Source: Octopus sinensis
Taxonomy: Eukaryota
Length of the DNA: 64,000 nt
Assembly (NCBI RefSeq): GCF_006345805.1
Contig: NC_043010.1
Location: 9,424,001-9,488,000 of the forward strand
Direction: 5' to 3'
The notes under the pieces are model-generated. The model made no database searches, was not told the origin of the DNA, and was given only the letters and a program-made list of their open reading frames with translations. The position numbers and the translations under genes are program-made. This document shows, piece by piece, positions 63,416 through 64,000 of this stretch. Position 1 is the first letter of the stretch. Each line of letters starts with the position of its first letter.

Positions 63416-64000
63416 TATATAAAATATACTCTGTAAAAAATGTAATATATATATATATATATATATTACATTTTAAAGTTCTCTCAAAAGATTTTCTGAA
63501 CAAGTTAAAGCTTGCACTGAAAGCTACCAAGTTTGCATTTGGAAATGTCTTTGTAAACAATAAGATCAAAGATAGAAGTATAGTTAACTTGGATGGAAAA
63601 AATATGAATTTTGTAGATGAGGATAGAAGAGTATTTTTCGTCATGGACAAGTGTATTTTGAAAGAGGAACCTTGAAAGTCTACCAGATAGATGGTAGAGC
63701 ATGGTAGAAAATAAAGGAGAGTATATTTTAGATTTTAAAAGAACTTTGTTTATCTTAATTTTGAAAAATAAAAGAAGTAGGAAAAACGCATTATTCATGG
63801 CATGATCCAATAATAATTATACCTCACTCATGAAAGCTAAGACACAAATGCATAGCAGAAAAGAAGAGGCTGGATGGTCAATGCTGTTGCATACCATGTC
63901 TTTCCAGTTTGCTCTCTCTCTCACGCGTGAACGCATGATATATATGTATATTTATGTATGTGTGTATAGATATCTTTATATATATATATATATATATATA

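Noticed and set aside
1963-63675. Numerous ORFs rich in YI, CV, HT, poly-D/M/I
   Set aside because: They are translations of (TA)n, (TG)n, (CATA)n and triplet microsatellites or SINE read-through; no coding signal.

Overview
AT-rich eukaryotic DNA saturated with microsatellites and transposable elements; the repeat families suggest an octopus or other coleoid cephalopod. It looks intronic or intergenic. I recognise no intact host gene, rRNA, true tRNA or CRISPR array, and nearly all supplied ORFs are microsatellite or SINE read-through. TE content: many copies of at least 4 tRNA-derived SINE families; RTE, CR1/L2 and RLE (R4/Dong-like) LINE remnants; a Penelope-like GIY-YIG remnant; mariner/Tc1, hAT and piggyBac-type elements; and Helentron/DINE-1-like elements. 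The most interesting layer is non-coding RNA structure. About ten minimal type I hammerhead ribozyme motifs sit in short Penelope-type or retrozyme-like elements: one with a canonical core (19176-19255, minus), one U3-A8 covariant (13924-13962, minus), one near-canonical (23931-23993, plus) and several variant or decayed copies. There are also seven short fold-back inverted duplications. At least two appear centred on hammerhead stem II, and their transition mismatches strongly favour G-U pairing on the minus strand (hand count 21 vs 4). All counts and alignments were done by eye, and TE boundaries are approximate.
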